Source: Octopus vulgaris
Taxonomy: Eukaryota
NCBI GenBank assembly: GCA_951406725.2
Contig: OX597817.1
Coordinates: 111,972,001-112,036,000 of the forward strand
Length of the DNA stretch: 64,000 nucleotides
Direction of reading: 5' to 3'
Numbering within the stretch: the first letter of the stretch is position 1; each line of letters starts with the position of its first letter. Under the pieces are notes generated by a model. It made no database searches. It was not told where the DNA came from and saw only the letters and a program-made list of their open reading frames with translations. Shown here in pieces: positions 26,766 through 39,754 of the stretch. Both the position numbers and the translations under genes were made by a program.

Positions 26766-27795
26766 TAAATTATCCTTCTGGTACGGAGGGAGGGGAATTG
26801 TTAAAATTGTAAAGTGAGTGGACAGTTTGCCATCTTTAATGAAATCGGAGGGTTTTAAGCGTGTCTAACCCGATGGCGAAGAAAGATGGATGCAAACATT
26901 TTGTCTTCTCATTTAGAAAGAGGAGGAGGAGTAAAAACATTTTTCTGGAGGTCAGTAGGTAAGTGGGTGCTGATGTTTATTAGTTTGAGAATCACAGCCC
27001 CACTTAGTTTAATTCTTTAGTTACTAGATTTTTTTTTTTTTTTTGTAGAGGGTCATCATACTCTGTTGTATTTCATGGCTTACGGTTGCAGTTGGGTTAT
27101 TGCTTTTCAGTTAGTGTGATTACAAGGTGATTCTACCTTTATTTAATATTTTTGTTATTTGCTACACGAATGTTGTTTGATGCGTGCGTTTATTGTACAC
27201 TTCAAGGTACCAATTCTGGTGTTTTCAGTATAGCCCAAAATCGGTGTTCTCAGCAAAAATTTGTCATTAGTGGTAAATGGCTTTAACATGTTTCTACCCT
27301 ACTCTATTCTGTCACATCTAGGTATGTGATATGCCTATCTTAAGGTGCGTGCCTCTTGTATGGTAATTCCAGATTGTTTATATTTTTCTTTGCATATGCA
27401 TTGGTTTCATTCGTAACCGGTAGTTTCCACGATAGGGTTTACATTTTTTTTTATGTCAGGTTATCAGTTGAAAATCACAAAGAATGAAGTGTTCATATGT
27501 TTCAATCTTTTAAATGTTACGTTATGAATAGCGCTTGGGGAACGAGAATTTCATAATCGCTAACATTATAATAAACAAGGAGATAATCACTAAGCAGCTT
27601 TTAATTATTCTCTTCATTTCCAGTTGTCCACTGACCTACATACTTACATTATTTAATCACTGTATTTAATATTTTCCTTTTATGTTGGATAATGGTGAAT
27701 TAAAGGATATTAGTGTAAGTTTTATCTGGTCAGTCTTGTTTTTTTTGGGTCACCGTCTAAAGTAAATAACCTAGGGGAGCATTGGGGGGGGGGGG

Positions 27796-28548
27796 GGGGC
27801 TAATGCAGTTTCGTACCTCTCCTTGAATTGCATTTTTGGGGGATTCCTACTTTTTAGATGTCGGAGATTACGAATATTAAAAAAAAAACAACCTAACTTA
27901 CCTGCTAATTTAAATTTTAGATTTTATCTACTTTAAAGAGATCGTAGCGAATTGACGAACATGTGCAAATCGAATTTAAATACAGACAAAAACATTAAAG
28001 TGAAAAGAATTTGCGTTTTACTTGTGTTTATAATCGTAAATAATTGAATGCAAATTAAATATACACCATTTTATGAGAAACAATGTTTAATAATTAATGT
28101 TATAAAGTTTAATAGAGGGCTCAAATTTCACCTCCTCCCCAATTTAAAATTTTGAACTTTTTCATCCATTTATTTATCTTTCTATCTATTTATTCCTATC
28201 CGTTTATTCATAAAATATATTTGTCAACTAAATGTGGCGATCCTATAGAAGACGGTTTTACTGTTGTTTTTAGCCCCAGGAATACATTCATATCTATCTA
28301 TACACATATCTATATGCTTATTGAATTAAAAATTTTGAAAACGTGGTTTCTTGCATATTCAGAATCTCAATCATCTAAAATATAGGGAAAAAAAATTTCG
28401 AAAAAGTTTAAAATTTGTGTGTGTGTGAAATTTTTAAAATCTCTGTTTTTGCATATTCGTAATCTCCGACATCTACAACGTAGGATTCCGAAAAAATGTT
28501 TTCAAAAAAGGGATTTTTCAAGGAGAGATGCGAAACTGCATTAGCCCC
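27796..28548. mobile_element. Non-autonomous DNA transposon with long terminal inverted repeats
   Basis: GGGGCTAATGCAGTTTCGTACCTCTCCTTGAA / TTCAAGGAGAGATGCGAAACTGCATTAGCCCC, plus inner arm TAGATGTCGGAGATTACGAATAT / ATATTCGTAATCTCCGACATCTA. Confidence 0.8.
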
Positions 28549-29198
28549 GCATTTTGCACACTCATTACACATTTGTCAAAACCTCGTATATAGACTTTGA
28601 CAAATTTATAATTAGTGTGTAACTAATGCAGATTGGAGTGGGACTGTGTGGTGCACGGGTATTCAGATAAAAATTAGTAGCGTACTTCATATAGAAAGTT
28701 TAGAAGAATTAGAAGAAAGTTATGCATTCTAAATGCAGGGTTTCCAGGCGAAAATAAAGAATACGTACACCCGATGTTTAAGGGTTAGGGTTTTTGTTAC
28801 GCTGAAAACGGTCGGTGTACGTATTCTTTACCTCTACCGTTTATATTCCCCTTCCCTAAATTAGCGTTTATATTGAAGGGGAACTTGAACAACTTATGGC
28901 AACATTACTTTTTTTACATTAGAAAATATACAGAAAAAAGCAAATAGAAATTGATATAATTCATATCAAATTGAATTTACGTACCGATTTTTCATTCCCC
29001 GGACAAAACTAAGAGTGTGCATCTTTCAGTTTAGGGTATCTGTATTTCTCGACAAGATTCCTTCCTTTCCACAAAACGAAATATTCAGTTATTTAGAAAA
29101 CGTAGAGAAAAAACAAATGGAAACAACTGTGCCACTTTAGAAAAAATGCTACGAACTGTTGCCTACGATAGGAGAAACAAGAGTGTTTGCCTCTCCAA

Positions 29199-29642
29199 TT
29201 CTTTCGATAACCGTACATGAAAAGTGAAAGTCTTTCTTCGGCAATTTCCGTGAACAGTTTTATTCCTTTACCCCCCCCCCCACTGAATCGCTTATGTTTA
29301 TGTATCGTGTGTTTGTGTGTAAGTAAGTACTGTATATATATGTGTGTGTATACATATATACATTCATGCACATAAATACATGTATACTTATATACCCTCT
29401 CAGATTCACACACTTATTGCAGCGGTCCTTCAGTTTTTCAAAGTCCTGAACTCGGAAGGTTGGGCTTCCAACCAGGCCTTTTGAGACACCCTTAAAGCCA
29501 ATAACTTTTCAGCACCCCTCGAACATATACATACACAAAAGTGTAATAAGCACAAGCGATTCAGAATATGAAAGAAAGAAGAAAAAAATTACGGAAATTG
29601 CCGAACAAAGACTCACTTTTCATGTATAGCTTTCGAAAGAAC
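29199..29642. mobile_element. Foldback/MITE-like element
   Basis: TTCTTTCGATAACCGTACATGAAAAGTG..CGGCAATTTCCGT versus ACGGAAATTGCCG..CACTTTTCATGTATAGCTTTCGAAAGAA. Confidence 0.6.
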
Positions 29643-32196
29643 GCTAAAATCATTCTTTTCTCCATTTCAAACAAGTGAAATTATCCTTTTATAGATACCT
29701 CTTCAAAATTTGTTTTCAAGATTCTAGTTTTGTTTCTCAAACATCCACTTGTGTAAGTCGCAGCTCCAGCGACTATTAGCAGCTTAATAAATTCATTTTT
29801 GTTGTCTGGGGGCGGGGTAGAAGAAGCGGTTAAGAAATCTGAAAACAAATATTTTTTTTAACATGTGAATTACAATTGTTTCAGAATGTGCAGTATTATA
29901 AAATGACGAACCCCTCCATCACCCCCACCCCCCAAAAAACGTTTTAATTGTGACAGCTATTCCGAAGGCACGATGGAATTGATATTTAAGAAATTTTTAA
30001 AAAATGTATTACATTAGATTTTGATAGTAAATGAAATAAATGGTAATCTTTCAGAGAAACACCCGCACGATTTTCACGAAGAAAAAAAAGAAAAGACTCG
30101 GATTTTTTGCGTGGAATCAAGTACCCTGACCTCCTAATATGCTGCAAATCCCTAATTTTGGTTCGGGAGAAAGGAGGATGGCGATTAGGGGAACCCATTG
30201 GAATTTTTTTTTTTACGTTGAATGAATTCCTGTGACATCCATATATGCTACAAAACCCTTTTTGGTACCGAAAAAAAAAAAAAACCTCTAAGAAATACAC
30301 ATTTCGTGACAGCCATTCCGAGTGTCTACTGAGCAGGTTTCGCAGTTAATCAGCTCATACTGTTGAATAATGTTTATCTCTCTTCTGTACGTGAACAGTA
30401 TCGATTAGTTAAAAGTTGTCGTGCTCGTTACTTTAAGTATATTAACACTAACTACAGCAGCTCTTCAACACTGTTGGTAGGTTTTTCTGATAAGTAATTT
30501 TAAATGAAACAACGTATAGCGAGACCAATTTTACTATATGTTCAACGGTGTGTTTGGTGGTGGTGGTGGTGGATAAAATTAGTAACTGGAGTAAAATGAG
30601 TAATTTCTGATTTCTCATTATTTTCTCCCTACCTGTTTGAAATCATTACACTGCAAATATTGCACCCTCTTCCAGAGTAAAAATTGGTCAGCATAGTTGG
30701 AGTTGAAAGAGTTTGGAATATAAGTGACTTGTACTTGTTTTTCAAGAAATTTTCCACGACTCAATTGAAGTTGCTAATAAAATATTTGGATAATTTTTGG
30801 TGATTAACAACAAATATTCTTTTCTCAGTTGGATTCCAAGTCACCCCCACCCATACTAGCGTCTAATTTAATAATTTTCAATTTTCAAAATAATGTCTAA
30901 AATGGGGTAAAATAATTTCCTCTCTTTAACTGCAATGGTGCATAAATATATCAAGAAGAGAGCCACTCCAGCATATCATGAAGAAGCTACGGAGAATATT
31001 TTGTTCTAGTCGAATTTCATTTTTCCACGACGCTCTTTTATTTGACCTAGATACTTTAAATTTTTGTTGCATTTCTGATCTTTCTGGAGTCTAAGGTTGG
31101 ATATCGATGTGTATGATTCTGTTTTCAAATGTTGGAAAATTGAATATGCAAATTTACCTATCTTGGCTTACTCATTTTACCCCAGCTAAATTTTGTTGAA
31201 GAAAGAGAATGGGGATAATTTTCTGAAATATTCGGAATGTTATAGTGCTTTTAATGCATTTAGAGAAGACTATTTGCTTGGCTGATATAGTTTTTGTAAA
31301 GTAGTGAACATTTGTAAAAAATATATTCCTCAAAGTCAAAAATGGAGTAAAAACTTCTCATTGCGCCCTCTGCACCTAGAGTTGAGTTACTACGACATTC
31401 CGATTTGCAAAACGTTACCAAGCTTGAATAAAAACAACAAAAATAAATAAAATAAAATACAAAACGCCTAATATTGAATGTTAGATACGTGTACTATGCA
31501 TAATTTTCATTTAATACCATTTGTACTCGGTGCATAAAAGAAAAGGGTTCTATTTTGTGAATTTTAGGCAGGATCAAACAGACCGATAGAAGTATTCGAT
31601 TTTTCCAAACCTTTTGGTTCCAAAGCCTTCTTGAATTATTGATTTTTTTTTTCTCGTATCAGGGTTGGTCACCGTGGTTAACATATTCTAAAATAAATAA
31701 ATATTAAATTTACTTTACTAATTAAATGAAATACTGTTACTTGTACATTAGTGTTAATGATATAAGTTTATTAATAATGTACCGTAAGGTAGCAGTAAAC
31801 TAGTTTTGGCAGCCGCAGGAATTTGAAGTTTCTGCTCGTAAATTAGTACGGATTATAGATTATAAAAGGTTCCCGACCTCTACTGTCCGGAAAGTCTGTG
31901 TTGTAACTATATAAATTTATACGTATTACTTACAATTTCGTTTTCTTTTTTACTTTTCAATATTTATTACAATGCAAATTAATTGCTTTCCTTAGATATT
32001 AGCATTGTCACACCTGGTTCAGTATTTGTATATGCCGAATGCATTGGTTCACGTTGATAATATTGTGCGTTGATATAATGAAAGTACACTTTACAGAATT
32101 TTATTTCACGGTCTTTGGTTACATTTTATCTGCCATCAACGTTGAACTAAACCGCGAGTCATACGGTTCGCGCGCTTGAGTGTATGTATTATATCG

Positions 32197-32615
32197 ACGC
32201 AGGCGTGACTGAATGGTAAGAAGCTCGCTTCCCGATCAAAAGGTTCCGAGTTTCGTCCGACTGCGTGGCACCTTGTGAGCGGATTTGGTAGACGGAGTTT
32301 GAAAGAAGCTCGTCGCTGTTTTTTGTTTTCATATTCGTTTTCTACACATTTTGTTACAGCTAGTAGGTTGTTTTTGTTTTCATGACGGAGGCTTAAACTG
32401 TATTTTGACCGTATATATATATATGTTTGTATTTGTGTGCGCCCCCATCGATTAACAACCGATGTTGGTGCATTTACATCCCCCGTATTTTGCGGTTCTG
32501 CAAAAGATACCGATAGAATAAGTACCAGGCTTCAAAGGAATAAGTCTAGCGGTCGATTTCTTAGACTAAAAGGCGGTGCTCCGGCATGACCCCAGTCAAA
32601 TGACAGAGGCAAAAG
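32197..32615 (+). mobile_element. tRNA-derived SINE (first family), near full length
   Basis: Head CGCAGGCGTGACTGAATGGTAAGAAGCTCGC; tail GGCGGTGCTCCGGCATGACCCCAGTCAAATGAC. Confidence 0.8.
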
Positions 32616-32649
32616 AATATATATATAGAACCCCCTCACACACACACGT

Positions 32650-32930
32650 ATATATATATATATATATATATATTGTGTGTGTGTATATATATATATATAT
32701 GTGTGTGTGTATGTATATATATATATGTATATAAATATATGTAATATGTATGTATATATATTTATATGTATATGTATGTATATATATATGTATATGTATA
32801 TATGTATTTGTATGTGTGTATATATATATATGTATATGTATGTATATACATATATGGATATGTATGTATATATATATATATGTATGTACATATATATGTA
32901 AACATGATAGAGGCAAAAGAATATATATAT

Positions 32931-32979
<49 letters not shown>

Positions 32980-32994
32980 CACATATATATATAC

Positions 32995-33025
<31 letters not shown>

Positions 33026-33288
33026 GACATATATATATACATATATATATATATACATATATATATACATATATATATGTATACATATAAATATATATAT
33101 ATACATATATATATGTGTATACATATAAATATATATATACATATATATATATACACATATAAATATATATATACATATATATATATATACATATATATAT
33201 ATGTATACATATAAATATATATATACATATATATGTATACATATAAATATATATATACATATATATATATATATACATATATATATAC

Positions 33289-33347
<59 letters not shown>

Positions 33348-33379
33348 TATACATATATCTATATATATATATACATATA
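32650..33379. repeat. (TA)n/(TACA)n compound microsatellite
   Basis: Seen directly; similar tracts at 34520-35232, 37208-38035, 39127-39410 and 52725-53020. Confidence 0.95.
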
Positions 33380-33761
33380 TCTCTCTCTATATAAACGGCA
33401 GTTTGTCTGTGCGTGTTTCTGTGTGTCTGTTTGCTTGTACCCTCACCCTGACCACGGCTTTCAACCGATCCTGATGAAACTTGACACGCACATAGCCCAA
33501 TGTCATAATTCAAAACTAACGCAGCGAAAATCTTGAAAAGTTCCCCCAGTTCTGAACAAAATCGATAAATTCGACATGGGGTCGAGAATCATAAACACAA
33601 ACCACAAACTGTCTAGGGGACGCAACTCCACCTTTTTAATTAAAAAAAAAATTACCATCATTTTTTTCCCATTTTTTTGCTATTTTTTGGCTATAACTCT
33701 CTAAAAATGCTTTATAGTTATTTCCCTTACAAACCTGAGCAACGCCGGGCGATACTGCTAG
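33380..33761 (+). mobile_element. Non-autonomous Helitron (about 380 bp)
   Basis: Termini A|TC...CTAG|T with GC-rich subterminal CTGAGCAACGCCGGGCGATACTG; 5' part shared with the helicase-bearing copy at 35233-36106. Confidence 0.85.
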
Positions 33762-33884
33762 TATGTATATATATATATAGTAATACTAAGCAATTAAGGG
33801 TTTAGCAACGAATTGCCTTACCGCACACCGAATTTAGAAATAGCAGTCAAAGAGATTATAGCCATTTCACCCTTCATTGTATAT

Positions 33885-34341
33885 GATTGATTGATTGATT
33901 GATTCTAGTTTCAGCTTATGAGCTGTGGCCATGCTGGGGCACCGCCATTTGGTGTTGCTACTTGGTTTCACTTCATGGGGGCTTTCTAGCAACTGCTATT
34001 TGGTGCATGAGAGAGTTCGATGCAGCTGCCCTCATCTGCCCCTCCTGCCGTGAAGTTGGTTCATCTGGGACACCTGACAGGAAGAGATCCAGCTTCATTT
34101 TAAAGACATCTGTATCCACCCCATGCAGGTCTCTCAGGTTCTTCGGGAGGATATTGAAGAGCTGTGGGCCTCGGAAGCCCAGGCTATCACAGAATCTTGT
34201 CCTACATCTTGATGGCAGGTTTGGAGTCCTAGGCACCACGCAGTGGCGCCCAGTTCTGGCGTTTGCGTAACTCTCGATGCCAAAGTTCAGGACACTTCCC
34301 TCCAGGATCTTCCAGATGTATATTATGGCATATCTTTCCCG

Positions 34342-34343
<2 letters not shown>
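33885..34343 (-). mobile_element. CR1-group LINE, 5'-truncated 3' end with (AATC)n tail
   Basis: [32 protein letters not shown]; same family as 39755-41185. Confidence 0.9.
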
Positions 34344-34378
<35 letters not shown>

Positions 34379-34518
34379 GCATCCAGCTGTAGAAACACTG
34401 CCAGATAAGACTGGAGCCTGGTGCAGCCTTCTGGCTTCCCAGATCCCCGGTCGAACCGTCCAACCCATGCTAGCATGGAGAACGGACGTTAAACGATGAT
34501 GATGATGATGATGATGAT

Positions 34519-34568
<50 letters not shown>

Positions 34569-34589
34569 TATATATACATATATGTATAT

Positions 34590-34662
<73 letters not shown>

Positions 34663-34952
34663 CATACATATATATATATACATACATATATATATATATA
34701 CATACATATATATATATATATATACATACATATATATATATATACATACATATATATATATACATACATATATATATATACATACATATATATATATACA
34801 TACATATATATATATATATACATACATATATATATATATATACATACATATATATATATATATACATACATACATATATATATATATATACATACATATA
34901 TATATTACATATATGTATGTATATATATATATGTATGTATATATATATATAC

Positions 34953-34996
<44 letters not shown>

Positions 34997-35129
34997 CATA
35001 TATATATATATATATACATACATATATATATATACATACATATATATATATATACATACATATATATATATACATACATATATATACATATACATACATA
35101 TATATATATATACATACATATATATACAT

Positions 35130-35192
<63 letters not shown>

Positions 35193-35232
35193 CATACATA
35201 TATATATCCATACATACATATATATATACATA

Positions 35233-36106
35233 CTAACAGAACTGCCCGGCGATGCTTGGGGCTGAATTGCTTGAAAGTACTGTTAATGATTGCACTGAAT
35301 TATGATGATTATTCAGGCAAATATTGATATAAGTTTACGGTGGGAGATAAGGACTTAACGATCAAATGTGTGCCATTGCATTGTTTTGGGGGAACCAAAT
35401 TTCTAATGAGCATTATAGGGGCACCAACTTTAAGTTTGAGAATGTGTGGTGGTAGACCGGGGGCTCAAAGGAATTGAGTACCTCTATTGGATAGTTGATG
35501 ACGTCCTCTGGGTCAGGAGTTGTATCGATAGACTTATATACATAGACATCCCCAGGAATGATTTTTAGCATTTTATCATTAATATGGGGAACAGTTTTAT
35601 TCCTCGGGGCCAGAATAGCCCTTTGGCCAATCCAATCCATATTCTGATAATTAGCTTGTAGACCTGGGAACACTGCATCTCTGAGATCAGAAAGCGTTTT
35701 AACAATGGTACAAATGGAATCGATGGCAATATTACCATTTTCATCCCCTGGTATTTTGCCTTCGCCAAGTTGAGAGTTAAAAAGGTCGAATTGCGTCCCC
35801 ATGACAGTCTGTACCAGGAATAGCTGGATATTGATGGAGTTGAGAGTTAAAAAGGTCGAGTTGCGTCCCCTAGACAGTCTGTGGTTTGTGCTTCTGATTC
35901 TCGACCCCATGTCAAATTTATCGATTTTTTTCAGAACTGGGGGAACTTTTCAAAATTTTCGCTGCGTTAGTTTTGAATTATGACATTGGGCTATGTGTGT
36001 GTCAAGTTTCATCAGAATCGGTTGAAAGCTGTGGTCAGGATGAGGGTACAACCTAACAGACACACAGACACGCACACAGACAAACTGCCGTTTATATAGA
36101 GAGAGA
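35233..36106 (-). mobile_element. Internally deleted Helitron retaining a Pif1-like helicase fragment
   Basis: [37 protein letters not shown], then after a frameshift [20 protein letters not shown]; 5' TC and 3' TTAG|T with CGCCGGGC subterminal motif. Confidence 0.9.
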
Positions 36107-36163
36107 TATACATATATATATATATATGTATATATATATGTATATATACATATATATATATAT

Positions 36164-37207
36164 TGTTGCGAACCTGCTGTCGCTCAAACTCTAACCCGGG
36201 ACCCTACTAAGTCGAGCGACGACGATTGACCAGCTCAGTCAAATCGGGAATCCACCACAGAGAGAAAAACGGTGGTGGGGGATGGCAGCGAACTTGAACT
36301 GGCGACCAGAGATAACAACAACAACAACAGCAGGAAGAGATAGAGAGACGGCGGAAGGCAATTTGCTTACATTTAAGAACAGTTTATAACAATTATTACA
36401 ACATCAAATAAAACGTGAAACATATCAGATACATTAAAGAAAATAACATGCAACAGAATTAAAAAGAAAAATAACCAATGCATTTCAACATAACACGTCG
36501 TTTGAAAACAATCAAAGGCATGCACGATACACCAAGTCCGGAGACAATCAAAACAGTTCAAATTGATGCAATATAGTTCGGAACAGTTCAACATTAAAGT
36601 CTTTCTCTTTCTTTCTTTTCTTGCTCTTTTCCTCAATTCACAATGTTCTCTTTTCTTTGACACAATTCTTTTTTTCTCTTCATCAATTCTTTACAACAGA
36701 TTACAATTTACGTCACAATCTCGTTTCTTTTACATTTCACATCAAAACATAAACAAACATACTGTTACGAACTCCTACTACAATAGCTGTGCCTTTCCGC
36801 CGTAATCCCTCTCTTTCGCTTTACATGTCCCCAATGCTATCTGTCTGTCTTTCTCAATGCACTTGTCATCTCTCACATTCTCTGCCTGTCTTTCTCAACG
36901 TTGTTGTTGCCTCTCGCCATTGCCACCTTCTTGGCTGACAGTCCGTATCACTGCTGTCTTTGGCCAAACTGCCGAACTGCCCTGTTGCCAATTCACTGTC
37001 TCAGGCAGAACTGACCAACAAACCCAGTTCTTTGCATTTTAAAGGGTGGTTTCTTAAACTTTCCCTGACCGGAAAAGGGTCAGATGTCTCTTCCAAACCC
37101 ATTAATCTCTCCAGAAACCGACAGGACAAAGGCTTTATCCGTCTGCCTGGCGCCAAACCACGATACCAGGCTACAAGCACTCTGTTTCTCAACTGACCTC
37201 CATATCA
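36164..37207. mobile_element. Candidate solo LTR (about 1.04 kb)
   Basis: TGTTGCG...ATATCA (TG..CA) termini with ATAT on both sides inside (TA)n; no coding capacity; the apparent TSD is uninformative in TA repeat. Confidence 0.45.
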
Positions 37208-37265
<58 letters not shown>

Positions 37266-37362
37266 GTATATATATATATGTATATATATGTATATATATG
37301 TATGTATATATATATATATGTATATATATGTATGTATATATATATATGTATATATATATATG

Positions 37363-37393
<31 letters not shown>

Positions 37394-37420
37394 GTATATA
37401 TATATATGTATATATATATG

Positions 37421-37453
<33 letters not shown>

Positions 37454-37539
37454 GTATATATATATATGTATATATATGTATATATATATATGTATATATA
37501 TATATGTATATATATGTATATATATATTATATATATATG

Positions 37540-37588
<49 letters not shown>

Positions 37589-38388
37589 GTATATATATGT
37601 GTATATATATGTGTATATATATATATGTGTGTATATATATATATGTGTGTATATATATATGTATATATATATATATGTATATATATATGTATATATATAT
37701 ATGTATATATATATGTATATATATGTGTATATATATATGTATATATATATATGTATATATATATATGTATGTATATATATATATGTATATATATGTATAT
37801 ATATATATGTATGTATATATATATATGTATATATATGTATATATATATATGTATATATATATATGTATATATATATGTATATATATATATGTATATATAT
37901 ATGTATATATATACGTATGTATATATATATATGTATATATATATATGTATATATATATGTATGTATATATATATGTATGTATATATATATATGTATATAT
38001 ATATGTATGTATATGTATATATGTATATATATGTATGGCGTTTGCACGCATGATTTTGTGTATGTTGATATATATATGTAGATTTTAATATAAATATGTA
38101 TTGCAGTGTAATATTTATAACAGGTTTAATTTCTATGCATTAATTTGCACTTTCTTCATTAACGTCAATATGTATTTTATTCAATGTAAGGTTTTTTCCT
38201 CGGATTTTATAATTTTTATAAGTTTTTTATATATATATATATACATATATTTTTGACCTTTTTGTTTATCGTTCAAAGATTGACCGTTTTTTCTAAAGGG
38301 CCAATCAAACAAGTCCATTTCTTTTTAAAGGTGTAGCGTTTGTAAGAGTATAGATTGAATTGATATATCGGTTCCATTCTAGCAAAAA

Positions 38389-38426
38389 CTGTCTGATGAA
38401 CGGCAATGAGAAACTCAGAGTAACAG
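38389..38426 (+). ncRNA. Minimal type I hammerhead ribozyme motif
   Basis: CTGT-CTGATGA-ACGGCAATGA-GAAA-CTCAGA-GTA-ACAG: stem I CTGT/ACAG, intact core, GUA site; stem II poorly paired. Confidence 0.65.
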
Positions 38427-39125
38427 ATTTTGTTGAATTTTTTGCTGCTTAAAATAAAGTATATATATATATATATATATATATTGAATGCTTAATTTTT
38501 CACTTCGGCTACCATTTATTTATGTTTCTCTATCCGTCTAACTATTTATCAAATTTCTCTATCTATCTATCTATCTATCTTCATTCGTCTAAAATCAAAC
38601 TTTGTATCTTCGCGGTGCACTCGCCCTGCCCACCCCCACCACCACCACCACCACCAATACCGGATATCTCTATATTTTGCTCCATCTATACCGGATGTCG
38701 CTTCTCCCACCATCATTATAGGTGTCTACTCTTCGAACCCCCCTCTTCAATACGCTATTTCACCATGCATTACCCCTCTCTCGATATCCTACGTTCTACT
38801 TGCCTAGAACCTGTCATCATTTCTCTGAACCACCCCTCCCCACTGGTGCTCCCCTATATTTCTGCACCCCCCCCCCACATAAAAAAAGCACCATCCGAAC
38901 GTGGCCGATGCCAGACCCCTCTGGCACCTGTGCAGGTGGCACGTAAAAAACACCCACTACACTCGCGGAGTGGTTGGCGTTAGGAAGGGCATCCAGCTGT
39001 AGAAACACTGCCAGACTAGACTGGAGCCTGGGGCAGTCCCGAGCTCCCCAGACCCCGGTCGAAACCGTCCAACCCGTGCTAGCGCGGAAAACGGACGTTA
39101 AACGATGATGATGATGATGATGATG

Positions 39126-39165
<40 letters not shown>

Positions 39166-39414
39166 ATATGTATGTATGTATATATATATGTATGTATGTA
39201 TATATATATGTATGTATGTATATATATATGTATGTATGTATATATATATGTATGTATGTATATATATATGTATGTATATATATATGTATGTATGTATATA
39301 TATATGTATGTATGTATATATATATGTATGTATGTATATATATATGTATGTATATATTTATATATATGTATATATATATGTATATATATATGTATGTATA
39401 TATTTATATATATT

Positions 39415-39754
39415 TTATTTTATTTTATTTAGTTTCAGCTCACAAGCTGTGGCCATGCTGGGGCACCGCCATTTGGTGTTGCTACATGATTTTACTTCAC
39501 GAATGCTTTTTAGCAAATGCCATCTGGTGCATGAGAGAGTTCGATGCAGCTGCCCTCATCTGCACCTCCTGCCGTGAATTTGGTTCATCTGGGACACCTG
39601 ACAAGAAGAGATCCAGTTTCATTTTAAAGACATCTGCATCTACCCCATGCAGGTCTCTTAGGTTCTTCGTGAGGATATTGAAGAGCTGTGGGCCTCGGAA
39701 GCCCAGGCTATCACAGTATCTTTTCCTACATCTTGATGGCAAATTTGGAGTCCT
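39415..39754 (-). mobile_element. CR1-group LINE 3' end with (AAAAT)n tail, back-to-back with the next copy
   Basis: [35 protein letters not shown]; diverged reverse complement of about 40835-41170. Confidence 0.9.

Noticed and set aside
30586-31190. Short inverted repeat CTGGAGTAAAATGAGTAA / TTACTCATTTTACCCCAG
   Set aside because: Probably an old MITE, but termini and TSD could not be defined
32532-39577. Long Y/I/M/C-rich ORFs of up to 334 aa
   Set aside because: Translations of (TA)n/(TATG)n microsatellites, open in many frames on both strands
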